Shown here: piece after piece, positions 19,292 through 28,887 of the stretch
Layout: each line of letters begins with the position of its first letter
Position numbering within the stretch: position 1 is the first letter of the stretch
Virus record (IMG/VR): IMGVR_UViG_3300032236_001024
Location: 96,001-160,000 of that record
Source: a virus
Lineage: Duplodnaviria; Caudoviricetes
Strand: one strand, 5' to 3'
DNA: 64,000 nucleotides
Made by a program: the position numbers and the translations under genes
Notes under the pieces: generated by a model
What the model saw: only the letters and a program-made list of their open reading frames with translations
Database searches by the model: none
What the model was told of the DNA's origin: nothing

Positions 19292-19528
19292 TCAGAAGGG
19301 GATTTCTTCGTTTTCAGCGTAAACAGGGTTGAGGTTGTACTGATACGTTCCACAATCCTGCTCTTCAAACTCGTACTCTTCTGGATGAGGCTGCTTAGGA
19401 CCATTGTAGAAGGGGTTAGGATACCAAACGTCACGATCAGAGAGAATCCAAGCCCTATCCTGATTGTCGAAGCCTACGTTACGGGAATATTCCAGATCAG
19501 CCTGTGATTCAGTTGCCAGATAACCCAT
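19292..19528 (-). CDS. early acidic hypothetical protein
   Basis: RAWILSDRDVWYPNPFYNGPKQPHPE; follows promoter at 19553-19580. Confidence 0.55.
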   Translation of the reverse strand: MGYLATESQADLEYSRNVGFDNQDRAWILSDRDVWYPNPFYNGPKQPHPEEYEFEEQDCGTYQYNLNPVYAENEEIPF

Positions 19529-19552
19529 GTCCATCTCCTCTGTTGATGATTC

Positions 19553-19580
19553 ATATTAACATACCCACATAGGGTGTCAA
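19553..19580 (-). promoter_or_regulatory. early sigma70 promoter
   Basis: TTGACA-N16-TAATAT, near-copy of promoter at 19017-19044. Confidence 0.75.
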
Positions 19581-19595
19581 CTGTTTTTATGAAAA

Positions 19596-19619
19596 AAAGA
19601 GGGGTATTATCCCCTCTTT
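19596..19619 (-). terminator. intrinsic terminator
   Basis: AAAGAGGGG/CCCCTCTTT stem with U-tract; loop contains the stop codon of the ArfA-like ORF. Confidence 0.7.
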
Positions 19620-19723
19620 AAGTGCTTGATTTTCCTTGTGTATGCACCTTTTCCCTTTTTGGGTGCAACAATTTTTTGCTGAAACTGGCGTTCAGACAGG
19701 GATTTTGCTGTCAGATTTCGCAT
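19607..19723 (-). CDS. ArfA-like (alternative ribosome-rescue factor A-like) peptide, 38 aa
   Basis: MRNLTAKSLSERQFQQKIVAPKKGKGAYTRKIKHLKRG with GGAGGA RBS; matches ArfA core F.Q.V...KKGKGSY.RK.KH. Confidence 0.65.
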   Translation of the reverse strand: MRNLTAKSLSERQFQQKIVAPKKGKGAYTRKIKHLKRG

Positions 19724-19928
19724 TTCCTCCAATCCTTTGAATTGCCTCTGATATGTGATAATCAAGGCGGTTTGAGAAGTCTTCCAGATGGTACGTATCC
19801 ATGAAATACGCATTGGACTTGATGAAAGATATCAGATAGCCAATGGTGTAATCATCTCCTTTAAGTTGGAGAAGTGTAACAAGATTCTCAATCTTGGTTT
19901 CGATTTTATCATTAGAAGTGGTATTCAT
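19692..19928 (-). CDS. early hypothetical protein
   Basis: ORF coupled to upstream gene. Confidence 0.45.
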   Translation of the reverse strand: MNTTSNDKIETKIENLVTLLQLKGDDYTIGYLISFIKSNAYFMDTYHLEDFSNRLDYHISEAIQRIGGNAKSDSKIPV

Positions 19929-20197
19929 TATATAGCTCCCATGATACGAGGATACGAGCGAATAGGCGAACTTTTTTTGTGAACGACACGAACAAAGTCT
20001 GGGTATCGATCATATTTAGATTGCCAGACCTTGATGAACTTGTCAAGATCACAATCTTCCTCAAGATAAACGGTCTTTCCCTTCACATAGGAATATCCCG
20101 TAAAATCAGTAGGAACAAGACCAAGAGTCTCCAAAACCTTGATGGAAACTGCAACCCAACCGTGACCGGGATCAATGTAGTATTTGAAAACTTTCAT
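19928..20197 (-). CDS. early hypothetical protein
   Basis: DPGHGWVAV...VYLEEDCD motif; RBS. Confidence 0.55.
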   Translation of the reverse strand: MKVFKYYIDPGHGWVAVSIKVLETLGLVPTDFTGYSYVKGKTVYLEEDCDLDKFIKVWQSKYDRYPDFVRVVHKKSSPIRSYPRIMGAI

Positions 20198-20209
20198 TTT
20201 CCTATCTCC

Positions 20210-20404
20210 TTAGCGAACGGGTTCGATGACAAGCTGCAGACCGTTCTTGGTGATGCAGTCATAAAAACCGGGGTGATCCTTATCCTCTTCGATGAAAAGG
20301 GCATACAGATAGGTCTTGGCGTACTCAATCGCAGCCTCATAGGACTCGTAGACGCCAATGACGTTGTAGGCGTAGATGTTTGAGATGTTCACAAGCTTGA
20401 CCAT
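20210..20404 (-). CDS. early hypothetical protein
   Basis: AGGAG RBS before MVKLVN. Confidence 0.5.
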   Translation of the reverse strand: MVKLVNISNIYAYNVIGVYESYEAAIEYAKTYLYALFIEEDKDHPGFYDCITKNGLQLVIEPVR

Positions 20405-20414
20405 GATTTTCTCC

Positions 20415-20591
20415 TTATGCCACAATCTTGGCAGTGAGGGAAGGACTTTTTGTGCTGGTAGCCAGAATTTGAGGACGAGTGACGCCCTCTTCCTTGATTA
20501 CCTCGTAGAAAAACTTACGGGCGGCATTATAGGTTTTGAAAGGAACTTCATGACGGGTCTTTTTGAAGTAGGTGTAGGTGACGGTGAACAT
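20415..20591 (-). CDS. early hypothetical protein (58 aa, not in ORF track)
   Basis: Hand translation MFTVTYTYFKKTRHEVPFKTYNAARKFF...; follows promoter at 20616-20644. Confidence 0.5.
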   Translation of the reverse strand: MFTVTYTYFKKTRHEVPFKTYNAARKFFYEVIKEEGVTRPQILATSTKSPSLTAKIVA

Positions 20592-20615
20592 TGGCTATCT
20601 CCGTTTTGATGATTC

Positions 20616-20644
20616 AATGTAGCAGGGGGTTTCCCCCCTGTCAA
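20616..20644 (-). promoter_or_regulatory. early sigma70 promoter
   Basis: TTGACA-N17-TACATT; spacer contains a G/C hairpin. Confidence 0.6.
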
Positions 20645-20653
20645 CACTTTTTT

Positions 20654-20875
20654 TCAGTTTGTGACGCATATTCCGTTGTGAGCATAAGCACCAACTGCCC
20701 AATCGTTACCGGAAGCAATGACCAGCGGAACGAAGGTTCCGTCCATCTTGCGGTAGATCATGTACTTGGAACCATTTTCCTTGATGGTCTCAAGGCAATT
20801 CTCTAGACGCTTCATAGCACCTTTTTCAGTCTTGAGACCGGGAATTGTTTCGAGCCATGCATTGAGGTTGGTCAT
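20654..20875 (-). CDS. early hypothetical protein
   Basis: ORF with GGAG RBS after promoter at 20903-20930. Confidence 0.55.
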   Translation of the reverse strand: MTNLNAWLETIPGLKTEKGAMKRLENCLETIKENGSKYMIYRKMDGTFVPLVIASGNDWAVGAYAHNGICVTN

Positions 20876-20902
20876 TGGTCATCTCCGTGATTCGATATAG
20901 AT

Positions 20903-20930
20903 AGATTACCACAGCCAGATATGGGGTCAA
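20903..20930 (-). promoter_or_regulatory. early sigma70 promoter (leftward)
   Basis: TTGACC-N16-TAATCT, A-tract upstream. Confidence 0.6.
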
Positions 20931-20973
20931 CTGTTTTTTATAAAAAAAAGAAGAAAAAAGACAATCTTTTTGG

Positions 20974-21001
20974 TTGACACCACCTACATAATGCTTATAA
21001 T
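20974..21001 (+). promoter_or_regulatory. early sigma70 promoter (rightward, divergent)
   Basis: TTGACA-N16-TATAAT. Confidence 0.8.
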
Positions 21002-21028
21002 GGTCACATCAACAACGGAGAAAGCCAC

Positions 21029-22138
21029 ATGGCTAGGGCTAATGCCAAGATCAAGGTCAGGAAGTCTCATTCTGAGACCTATCTGATCAACAAGAAGTAC
21101 TACGGTGACGAGCCTACTTTCGAGGCTGGTCATGAGCGTTCCAAGATGCTTGGGGCGTTCAACTGGTACAACACGATGGCTGATGAGGATGATGTTCGTC
21201 AGTACATCACTGAGTATCTCAAGTCTGTCAAGGCGGATATGGAAGCAAAGAAGTTTACTCGTGTCCCTTTCATGCGTGTTCCTCGTACAGCTGCAGCAGT
21301 TGTCCGTATGCACATGCGTGGTGCGGTTCTAGACGATGGTATGCTGGATCGTGCCAAGACCAGCATCGCTGATTGCATGAAGTATGCGGAGCAGGAGAAG
21401 AAGGACGACAATGTGGTTCGTCTTTCTATTCAGGACCATATGAACAACAAGGTCTCTGAGTTCATTGGCGAGATTGAGTCCATCCTTGATGATGGTGCTG
21501 TCGGTTTCTCCATGTACACCTCTCTGCAGAGCAACAACTTTCCTGCTGCGCTCTCGACTCGTGTTGCTGAGTACTATCGTCCCATCCAGCAAGAGATTGC
21601 GGATGCGATTGCCAAGAAAGACCCGCAACTGGTGGAAGCTTATTCTGGCTATACCAAGCCTCAGATGAAGGCAAAGCTGGCTCTGTACACTGGCATCATT
21701 GACGACTGCGAAAAGCACAGCGGAAACGTCCGCAAGGCTCGTAAGCCTCGCAAGAAGAAGGCTGTGAGCCCAGCCAAGAAGCTTAAGAGCTTCCAGTACC
21801 AGAAAGAGGATGCATCGTTAAAAATCTCCTCTGTCAATCCTGAGAGTGTTCTGGGAGCCCAAGAGCTTTGGACGTTCAACACGAAGAGCAAGGTGCTTTC
21901 TGTGTTTCGTGCAAGGGGTCCAGCTGGTCTTGAAGTCAATCGTACAGCAATCGCTGGTTACGATGCTGATACCTCCATGTCCAAGAAGATTGGACGCAAG
22001 ACGGAGGAAATTCTCAAGACAGTCACCACTGGTGGTAAGGTGACACTCAGGAAACTGTTTGACACCATCAACACCGACAAACTCAAGTTTGTTGACCGCC
22101 TAAATAGTAGCACAGTACTATTGAAGGTGGTTAGGTGA
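21029..22138 (+). CDS. conserved T4-like hypothetical protein
   Basis: Long ORF with GC-richer codon usage; helical N-terminus, C-terminal VNPESVLGAQELWTFNTK domain. Confidence 0.65.
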   Translation: MARANAKIKVRKSHSETYLINKKYYGDEPTFEAGHERSKMLGAFNWYNTMADEDDVRQYITEYLKSVKADMEAKKFTRVPFMRVPRTAAAVVRMHMRGAVLDDGMLDRAKTSIADCMKYAEQEKKDDNVVRLSIQDHMNNKVSEFIGEIESILDDGAVGFSMYTSLQSNNFPAALSTRVAEYYRPIQQEIADAIAKKDPQLVEAYSGYTKPQMKAKLALYTGIIDDCEKHSGNVRKARKPRKKKAVSPAKKLKSFQYQKEDASLKISSVNPESVLGAQELWTFNTKSKVLSVFRARGPAGLEVNRTAIAGYDADTSMSKKIGRKTEEILKTVTTGGKVTLRKLFDTINTDKLKFVDRLNSSTVLLKVVR

Positions 22139-22141
22139 ACA

Positions 22142-22501
22142 ATGACAAGTAAGATTATACAGTTTCCGGATAAGAAAAAGGGAGAGGCTGGTAATCCAGC
22201 CTCTCTCGAAGAAACAATCTCTCAGATTGAAGAAGTAAGAAAGCTTTTCTGTGATGAGATTGCAGATGATGTTTTTCAAGCAGTGTTTGCAATCATTAGC
22301 AATTATGGAATGGTTCCAAAATCATCACCAGAATTTATTCGTGATGCATTTTTCTTTGAAGAAGTTCTTCAAGCAATGCTATATAGAATGAAGAACATCA
22401 ATCATCCCATGCACTCTCTGATCGACAAGACAGTTACGATTTCAGAAGATGTAGAAAAAGAACTTGAAGAAAAATTAGAAGAGTCCTTGAATCAGCATTA
22501 A
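22142..22501 (+). CDS. hypothetical protein
   Basis: ORF in operon with rnh. Confidence 0.55.
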   Translation: MTSKIIQFPDKKKGEAGNPASLEETISQIEEVRKLFCDEIADDVFQAVFAIISNYGMVPKSSPEFIRDAFFFEEVLQAMLYRMKNINHPMHSLIDKTVTISEDVEKELEEKLEESLNQH

Positions 22502-22535
22502 AAAATGCATATATATAATGTATGGACAGTAAAAC

Positions 22536-23396
22536 ATGATTATTATTGACTTCAACCAAGTCATGATCTCAAATTTGATGATGCAACTTGGCAACCACAC
22601 CAACATCCCTATTGATGAGGGATTGTTTAGGCATATGGTTCTCAATTCACTTCGCTCTTATAAGCAGCAATTTGGAAACAAATTTGGTGAGATCGTTATC
22701 GCTTGTGACGACAAAAACTATTGGCGCAAGCAAGAATTCCCCTATTACAAAGCAAATCGTAAGAAGACTCGTGATGCTTCTGAGATTAACTGGACTCAGG
22801 TTTTTGAGGTCTTTAACAAGATCAAGTCAGAACTGCGTGAGTTTTTCCCCTATCGTGTTATTCAGATTGATACTGCAGAGGCGGATGATATCATCGCAAC
22901 TCTGACAGAAAATTTTGGACACGAAGAAAGAAACGATGAAAAGCTTTTGATCTTGTCTGGTGATAAGGATTACATCCAACTTCATAAGTATCAGTATGTG
23001 AACCAGTATGATCCTACTCGCAAGAAATGGATTACTCATAATGATCCACACAAATATCTTTATGAACACATCTTGAAAGGAGATTCTAGCGATGGCATAC
23101 CTAACATACTTTCTGATGGTGATACTTTTGTTAGTGGGAAACGCCAGAAACCTTTGACGCAAAAGAGAATTGATGAGTTGTATGAACTTAATCTAGAAGG
23201 CAAATTTGATCATCAATATGCGTTTGCCTATGCTAGAAATAAAAGGTTGATTGACTTGACAATGATCCCATCACATATTAAAGAACATGTATTAGCTAAA
23301 TATGAAGAAGAAGCAGGGAAGGATCGTTCAAAAATCTTCAACTACTTCATCAAGTACAAATTGAAAAATTTAATGGAAAACGTAGGCGAGTTTTAA
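22536..23396 (+). CDS. rnh: T4-type RNase H / 5'-3' exonuclease
   Basis: IIIDFNQ, IACDDKNYWRK..FPYYKANRKK, EADDII, SGDKDY, GDSSDGIPN. Confidence 0.92.
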   Translation: MIIIDFNQVMISNLMMQLGNHTNIPIDEGLFRHMVLNSLRSYKQQFGNKFGEIVIACDDKNYWRKQEFPYYKANRKKTRDASEINWTQVFEVFNKIKSELREFFPYRVIQIDTAEADDIIATLTENFGHEERNDEKLLILSGDKDYIQLHKYQYVNQYDPTRKKWITHNDPHKYLYEHILKGDSSDGIPNILSDGDTFVSGKRQKPLTQKRIDELYELNLEGKFDHQYAFAYARNKRLIDLTMIPSHIKEHVLAKYEEEAGKDRSKIFNYFIKYKLKNLMENVGEF

Positions 23397-23399
23397 ACA

Positions 23400-23828
23400 A
23401 TGTCAAAATTATCGATATATAATACACTGGTAAAGTGTTGTGAATTTGAAAAAAGAGAACATAGAATTGAAGCACTTCGTGCAAATGGGAATCCTGCAAT
23501 GTGGGCAGTCTTGAGACACATGTTTGATCCTAATATCAAGTTTCTTCTTCCAAAAGGCGATCCTCCATTTGAACCTTTGGAATTTGACGAGCCGGGAAGA
23601 CTTTATGTAGAGGCTCGAAAGTTTTACCTTTTTGTTGAGGGTGGTCATCCAACAATCACACAGATGAAACGTGAATCCCTCTTCATCAGTCTTCTTGAAA
23701 ACGTAAACAAGGAAGAAGCAAAGTTACTCCTTGCTATGAAAGACAAGAAGAGTCCTATCAAGGGACTTACCAAAAACCTAGTCGCAACTGCTTTCCCAGG
23801 GTTACTTCCAGATGAGCAAACAACTTAA
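23400..23828 (+). CDS. conserved T4-like hypothetical protein
   Basis: FDPNIKFLLPKGDPP...LY.EARKFY.F...KRE.LFI.LLE motif; usually follows rnh. Confidence 0.6.
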   Translation: MSKLSIYNTLVKCCEFEKREHRIEALRANGNPAMWAVLRHMFDPNIKFLLPKGDPPFEPLEFDEPGRLYVEARKFYLFVEGGHPTITQMKRESLFISLLENVNKEEAKLLLAMKDKKSPIKGLTKNLVATAFPGLLPDEQTT

Positions 23829-24000
23829 AAAATCGGATATGAAAAAGAAGAATCATGGTGGGTATTCCTACATGATGGAGGAAGAAGAAATCTCTCTCAA
23901 GGAGATTAAGAGAAACAAGGAACATAAGCATTATCGTAATTATGAAAATGCTTTACGTTCAAAGAATGTAGATCGTCTACTCTCATATGAGGAAGATTGA
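23812..24000 (+). CDS. small charged hypothetical protein
   Basis: Coupled ORF. Confidence 0.45.
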   Translation: MSKQLKKSDMKKKNHGGYSYMMEEEEISLKEIKRNKEHKHYRNYENALRSKNVDRLLSYEED

Positions 24001-24182
24001 TGTTTGAAACATTGGTAGCAGCAACAGGTCTTACTTTAATTATGATGGTCGTTTCTATCCTTTATTATTTGAAGGGAAAGAAGCAGGGGATGGAATTTGT
24101 ACTCCAGATTCTCTATGATAATGATAAAAAGGCTTTTAATCGTTTACACGCAACACTACAGAAAGAATTAACAAATGTCTGA
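23997..24182 (+). CDS. small membrane protein
   Basis: N-terminal TM; coupled ORF. Confidence 0.45.
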   Translation: MMFETLVAATGLTLIMMVVSILYYLKGKKQGMEFVLQILYDNDKKAFNRLHATLQKELTNV

Positions 24183-24378
24183 CGAAACAGTATTTCTAGT
24201 CGATGGATTGAGCATGTATGATCCAAAGATTATCAATAAGCAAATGATTAATGATGAGAAGACACCACTTCTTTGTGATCAAGTCAAGCTAGATATGCTT
24301 GCACAAGGATTGAATCCTTTGAATTCAGAAGATGTTCGAAAGTTTTGGTCCAAGAAAGGCGTAGGTCTTAATGGCTAA
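24175..24378 (+). CDS. hypothetical protein
   Basis: Coupled ORF. Confidence 0.45.
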   Translation: MSDETVFLVDGLSMYDPKIINKQMINDEKTPLLCDQVKLDMLAQGLNPLNSEDVRKFWSKKGVGLNG

Positions 24379-24604
24379 TTATACCTTCCTGAATAAGGAA
24401 ACAAACGAAGAGTTTGATATCTCAATGCCAATCTCTGATCTTGATGATTACAAGAAAAATAATCCACATCTAGAACAGCTATTGACTGGTATCAGACTTG
24501 GTGATCCAACAAGGCTTGGATTGCGTAAACCAGATTCAGGATTTCGTGATGTTCTAAAGAAAGTGAAGCGAGCCCATAGGGGAAGCACTGTAAATACTTG
24601 GTAA
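24371..24604 (+). CDS. FmdB-like small protein of T4-like phages
   Basis: MANYTF.NKET.EEF...RKPDSGFRDVLKKVKRAHRGS. Confidence 0.55.
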   Translation: MANYTFLNKETNEEFDISMPISDLDDYKKNNPHLEQLLTGIRLGDPTRLGLRKPDSGFRDVLKKVKRAHRGSTVNTW

Positions 24605-24606
24605 AG

Positions 24607-24634
24607 AAAAGGCTCCATCATCTGGAGCCTTTTA
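24607..24634. terminator. bidirectional intrinsic terminator
   Basis: AAAAGGCTCC/GGAGCCTTTT stem between convergent operons. Confidence 0.75.
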
Positions 24635-24639
24635 TTATT

Positions 24640-25257
24640 TTATAATTCTTGAACTGTAAACGCAAACCAAACATCTAACTTTGTACTGTTATCTACTCGC
24701 CTCATACAAAGCGTCATCATATTTCTTGAGTCACCGCCATATAATGGGGAATATACAGAGTCACCACCTGTATTTTTACCAATGATAATACCACTATGTC
24801 TTAAATAAGTTCCTGTAGGAACAGTGAAAGCATTTCCTTGATTAGAAGAATACTTGTCCTGATATACTCGATATTGGCTATGCGTACCAAAAGTAGTCCA
24901 ACTAGGAACTGCTGCACCAGTAATAGTCAATGGCCCTTCATACCACTCGTACATAATAGTACTCGATGTAGCATTATTATTACCAATTTCATAATTTATG
25001 ATTTTTTCTATATCGCTGCTACTAGGACTCCCATTTTGAAAACTGACTACAGGTCGCATAGTATCATCCATAGTCCATCCACGATTTGCATTTGTGGCAT
25101 GGTTATTAAAAGAATAGAATGGTAAATTAGATTCATTTATAATGACACTTAATGGTGTCGCAGAAGAAATACTGGTGCCATTGCTATTAAAAATATTAAC
25201 ATTTCCAGTAACTTGTGTATTACTATTGAATAGAAAAGTCATTAAATTATTCTCCAA
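24640..25257 (-). CDS. hypothetical beta-rich (probable virion) protein
   Basis: Asn/Ser/Thr-rich; coupled to fibre-like gene. Confidence 0.45.
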   Translation of the reverse strand: MENNLMTFLFNSNTQVTGNVNIFNSNGTSISSATPLSVIINESNLPFYSFNNHATNANRGWTMDDTMRPVVSFQNGSPSSSDIEKIINYEIGNNNATSSTIMYEWYEGPLTITGAAVPSWTTFGTHSQYRVYQDKYSSNQGNAFTVPTGTYLRHSGIIIGKNTGGDSVYSPLYGGDSRNMMTLCMRRVDNSTKLDVWFAFTVQEL

Positions 25258-28157
25258 CTTCCGTTATTATACAACATATGAATTCCACCATTATTGATCG
25301 TCAATATGAACCCTGAAGGATCGTTGTCTACATTTCCAGAAACAGTGATTGGGTTGTTGATGCAGTTGCCAGATTCATCTTTTATTATTAAGTTTCTTCC
25401 TGAAGTTGTCGATGATGGTAATGTTACAGTAACTGCACCATTTAGGTTTATACCAACATAATAGTCAGAATCAAGTATCGTATAGTTACTTGATGTTACT
25501 GTTTTCGCATTGACTACATTTGTGTTGGCCCAATATACCACCGTGCCATTTGATGAAAGAACTTGTCCTGCCTTCCCAATAGACCCATTTGCAGTGATAG
25601 TTTTTGTTGTAATATTATTTGGCACAGTAATACCAGTAGAATCAATAAAAGCAGATGTTTGAATTACATTGCTGTTTAGCGGTGTTGTTTGAAATGAAAT
25701 TCTAGTACCAGCTGCATTACTGTTAAAATCTTGTGCAGCTTCAAAGTTTATTCTTACAATAGTACCAATAAATTGATTGGTATTATTAGTCCAACCCTGT
25801 GATGTTAAACGTAATAGTGTATCATTGTTAGCAGTAGGGAGAGGAGTATCTACTGTTCCTCTTGCTGCTCTAGTTGCAATTGATCCATACGTACCAGTAC
25901 CAAATGAGTCAATACTAATACGTGCTGGCTGACCATTTTGTGCAGTTGCCTGTAATAATGTTCCAGTAAAATTACGAGGCTGTTCATAACCGGAAGATGT
26001 GCCTACTATAGAAACTGCTGATTCTGAATTTAATATAGTATCAGGCGTATTAATAGTTATTCTACCACTTCTAGTAATTGCAAATGTTGTTTTTCCAGTA
26101 TCATAACTTTTAACAGAAATTGGTCTGTTAAATACAACATTACCCGTTGCTAGTGTTGTGCCAAATAAAATATCTCTTGCATTATTAGCAATTGCAATTT
26201 GATTATCACGAAGCGTGAATTCACCTACTTTAATACCTGCAGAACCAGTAATATAGAGAAGGTTATTTGCAGCACCAATACCTATATCAGTTCCTTTTAC
26301 TTCATCTAGAACATAGATCGTATTAGCACCAAAGTACGCACCTTTAAATCTCTTAGTTGGTGATCCAAGATATACGCCTTGATCTGTATAAGGAACAATA
26401 TCAGCATGAGGAACAATAAATCCACCAGGCCCTGGATTTAAAGTAATATCTGTATTTGCTCTTGTTGTAATTGCAAGACCAGCATTAACAATAGCTCTAA
26501 CAACATACATGTATTGTAGAGGTTGAGGCCATGCTGTTTGACTTATATCACCTATTGAAGTATTAGCAATTACAATTGCTGCATTTGCACCTGTTCCAAT
26601 CCATTTAACGCCAGAAAATACTGGAACACCTGCACCAGAAATAACATCATTTATCTCTAATACTGGATCAGGATTGGTTGTAAACTTATAAACTGTCCAT
26701 GGGTGAGGTATACCGTTCCTTAATCCATAATCACCAATATTAAGATTATCACCTACACCTGTTGATGTATCGACGATGCTATCTAATATTAAAGGCGCAA
26801 CAATAACTTCTACTGTATTTGCACCAGAAATAATTGTACCTGTAGGAATGTTTACAGTTTGTACATAAGCATTGGCCCAGCTATAAGATGTATTACCTAG
26901 ATTGTAGGTGTATGTGCTATTGGGAATGATATTAGAAGGCACATGCAGCAAATCTGTTATTACCGAATGCCCAGAAGAATTCTGAATATCTCCACCTTGT
27001 GGAAGTGTAAATACTCCATTATTATCAAAACTATATGTGTTTGATCCAACATCTATATTAAGAGAATCAGATGCATGGATATGGAACCCCATAGTTCCTT
27101 CTATGTATTGTTCAGGATTAGCAGAATTAAATATAATCTTACCATGTTCTGGAAGTGTCAATACACTATCAGTTCCAAATGTCCAAAGTGAACTTGCCGA
27201 TAGAATATCAATATTAGCAGAACTTTGAATTCTAGCATTTTTACTTTCAGTATTATTTGCACTAGGTAAATTAAGTTGACCAGTGGTTGCAAGAATTACT
27301 TCATAACCATTTGCAACTAATCTATCTGGTGTGGGTGTGTTCCAATAAATTGATGATCCATTCGATGTTAGTACTTGACCATTATTACCAAACGATCCAT
27401 TAGCTTCTATTCCACCACCATCTAAAATTAAACTATCAGCATAAACATTTGCCCAATAATCAGTAGGTGAACCAATATTATAAACGCCATTAGCTCCAGG
27501 GGTTAATTGTTGATCTATATGACTAAGATCAACATTACCTTCTGCAATTTGAGAAAAAATAAATTTTTTCGTGCTATTATCATATGTGAGAAAGTGACCT
27601 TGCCTAATACTAGAACGATCAATATCATCTAGATAACGAAGATTGACTTCACCACCACCATGACTACTACCAGCAAGAGCGATCTTTCTTGATTGATCAT
27701 GTACAAGCTTGTGGAAGTCAGCCACACTCTTTTTAATAACTTCTATTTCTTTGCGAAGAGAAGCATTAATTAAATCTGCTTCTGTTTTCTTTCCATCTTC
27801 TGGAACATTAGTAGCAGATACTGCCTGTGATACAAGATTAGCTACTTCTAATACAGGAGGTTCGACTACAACTTCTTTAACGACAGGTTCTGATATCGTC
27901 TCTATATGAACAATTGGTGTCTCAACGATAATCTGTGGTGCTTTCTTGATAAACTCATCAGGAAGTTTGATTTGTTTTGGAGGTTGAATTTCTTCTTTAA
28001 TCTTTATTTCAAAGTCAGCTTTTTTTGATAAGGCTGCGCCAAAACTCTTAAGAAGACGTTCTTCTTTAAGTCTCTTTTCTTCAATCTTCTTAAGTTCTTC
28101 TTGTGCAGAAGAACCTAAAATTTTAGCAAAGTGTTCAAGAAATTTCTTTTCGTCCAT
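25242..28157 (-). CDS. tail-fibre-like virion protein
   Basis: GGGEVNLRYLDD, repeated YNIGSPT.YWANVY / NGS.G..GQVL.SNG blocks, C-terminal YTILDSDYYVG...IKDESG. Confidence 0.65.
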   Translation of the reverse strand: MDEKKFLEHFAKILGSSAQEELKKIEEKRLKEERLLKSFGAALSKKADFEIKIKEEIQPPKQIKLPDEFIKKAPQIIVETPIVHIETISEPVVKEVVVEPPVLEVANLVSQAVSATNVPEDGKKTEADLINASLRKEIEVIKKSVADFHKLVHDQSRKIALAGSSHGGGEVNLRYLDDIDRSSIRQGHFLTYDNSTKKFIFSQIAEGNVDLSHIDQQLTPGANGVYNIGSPTDYWANVYADSLILDGGGIEANGSFGNNGQVLTSNGSSIYWNTPTPDRLVANGYEVILATTGQLNLPSANNTESKNARIQSSANIDILSASSLWTFGTDSVLTLPEHGKIIFNSANPEQYIEGTMGFHIHASDSLNIDVGSNTYSFDNNGVFTLPQGGDIQNSSGHSVITDLLHVPSNIIPNSTYTYNLGNTSYSWANAYVQTVNIPTGTIISGANTVEVIVAPLILDSIVDTSTGVGDNLNIGDYGLRNGIPHPWTVYKFTTNPDPVLEINDVISGAGVPVFSGVKWIGTGANAAIVIANTSIGDISQTAWPQPLQYMYVVRAIVNAGLAITTRANTDITLNPGPGGFIVPHADIVPYTDQGVYLGSPTKRFKGAYFGANTIYVLDEVKGTDIGIGAANNLLYITGSAGIKVGEFTLRDNQIAIANNARDILFGTTLATGNVVFNRPISVKSYDTGKTTFAITRSGRITINTPDTILNSESAVSIVGTSSGYEQPRNFTGTLLQATAQNGQPARISIDSFGTGTYGSIATRAARGTVDTPLPTANNDTLLRLTSQGWTNNTNQFIGTIVRINFEAAQDFNSNAAGTRISFQTTPLNSNVIQTSAFIDSTGITVPNNITTKTITANGSIGKAGQVLSSNGTVVYWANTNVVNAKTVTSSNYTILDSDYYVGINLNGAVTVTLPSSTTSGRNLIIKDESGNCINNPITVSGNVDNDPSGFILTINNGGIHMLYNNGSWRII

Positions 28158-28161
28158 ACTA

Positions 28162-28860
28162 CTACTTTAAAAATTTGGAGGTTATTTTTGTTTTGACTGT
28201 TCCTGTATTTAGGGTAACTTTCAATGCTACTCTAAGTTTGCCTTTTCCAGTACCAGCTTTGAAACCGCCACTGGTATCTAGAAAAGCTTCTTTAATATGA
28301 GTAGAATCAAATGGAATTGCGTTCATTCCAATCAATCTCTTTGTTCTCATATTGGTGCTAAATAATGAAAATTTTACGCCACCTGTTTGAACAATAGCAA
28401 AATAATCATCACCACTATCTGCCCAATGCGCTCTAATCAATTGAATAAAAAGATTGCGATCAGTTGGTGTTTTGAATTCAAAGTCTTCTTTTGGTACTCT
28501 ACCAGAAGGCACATCAATTCCATTATCACCAACAAACCCAGCATGATGATCACCTTTTATTTTTCTAAGATGATCAACATACTGTTCAAATGTATCATAT
28601 CCCTTTAGCTGTTTTATGATAATATCAACATCAGGATTTTTCTTTCCTCTTGTGATTGTTTTATCAAACACAGTAATAGAAGTGAAATCGCTAGTGCTTT
28701 TCACTTCTGCTTGCTGTAATCTATTATTTGATCTGAAAACAATATCAGGAAGATTGCTTGCTTTTCTAGCAATAGAAACTATAGGGATATCATAATTTTC
28801 TAGAATTGATGCAAAGTTAACTTGTGCTTCTGCACCTCTTTCAATACGAACTTTTGACAT
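28162..28860 (-). CDS. possible PD-(D/E)xK nuclease
   Basis: E...PDIVF...AEVKS motif spacing. Confidence 0.4.
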   Translation of the reverse strand: MSKVRIERGAEAQVNFASILENYDIPIVSIARKASNLPDIVFRSNNRLQQAEVKSTSDFTSITVFDKTITRGKKNPDVDIIIKQLKGYDTFEQYVDHLRKIKGDHHAGFVGDNGIDVPSGRVPKEDFEFKTPTDRNLFIQLIRAHWADSGDDYFAIVQTGGVKFSLFSTNMRTKRLIGMNAIPFDSTHIKEAFLDTSGGFKAGTGKGKLRVALKVTLNTGTVKTKITSKFLK

Positions 28861-28887
28861 ATGTAAATCCTAAATAACATCTATTAT

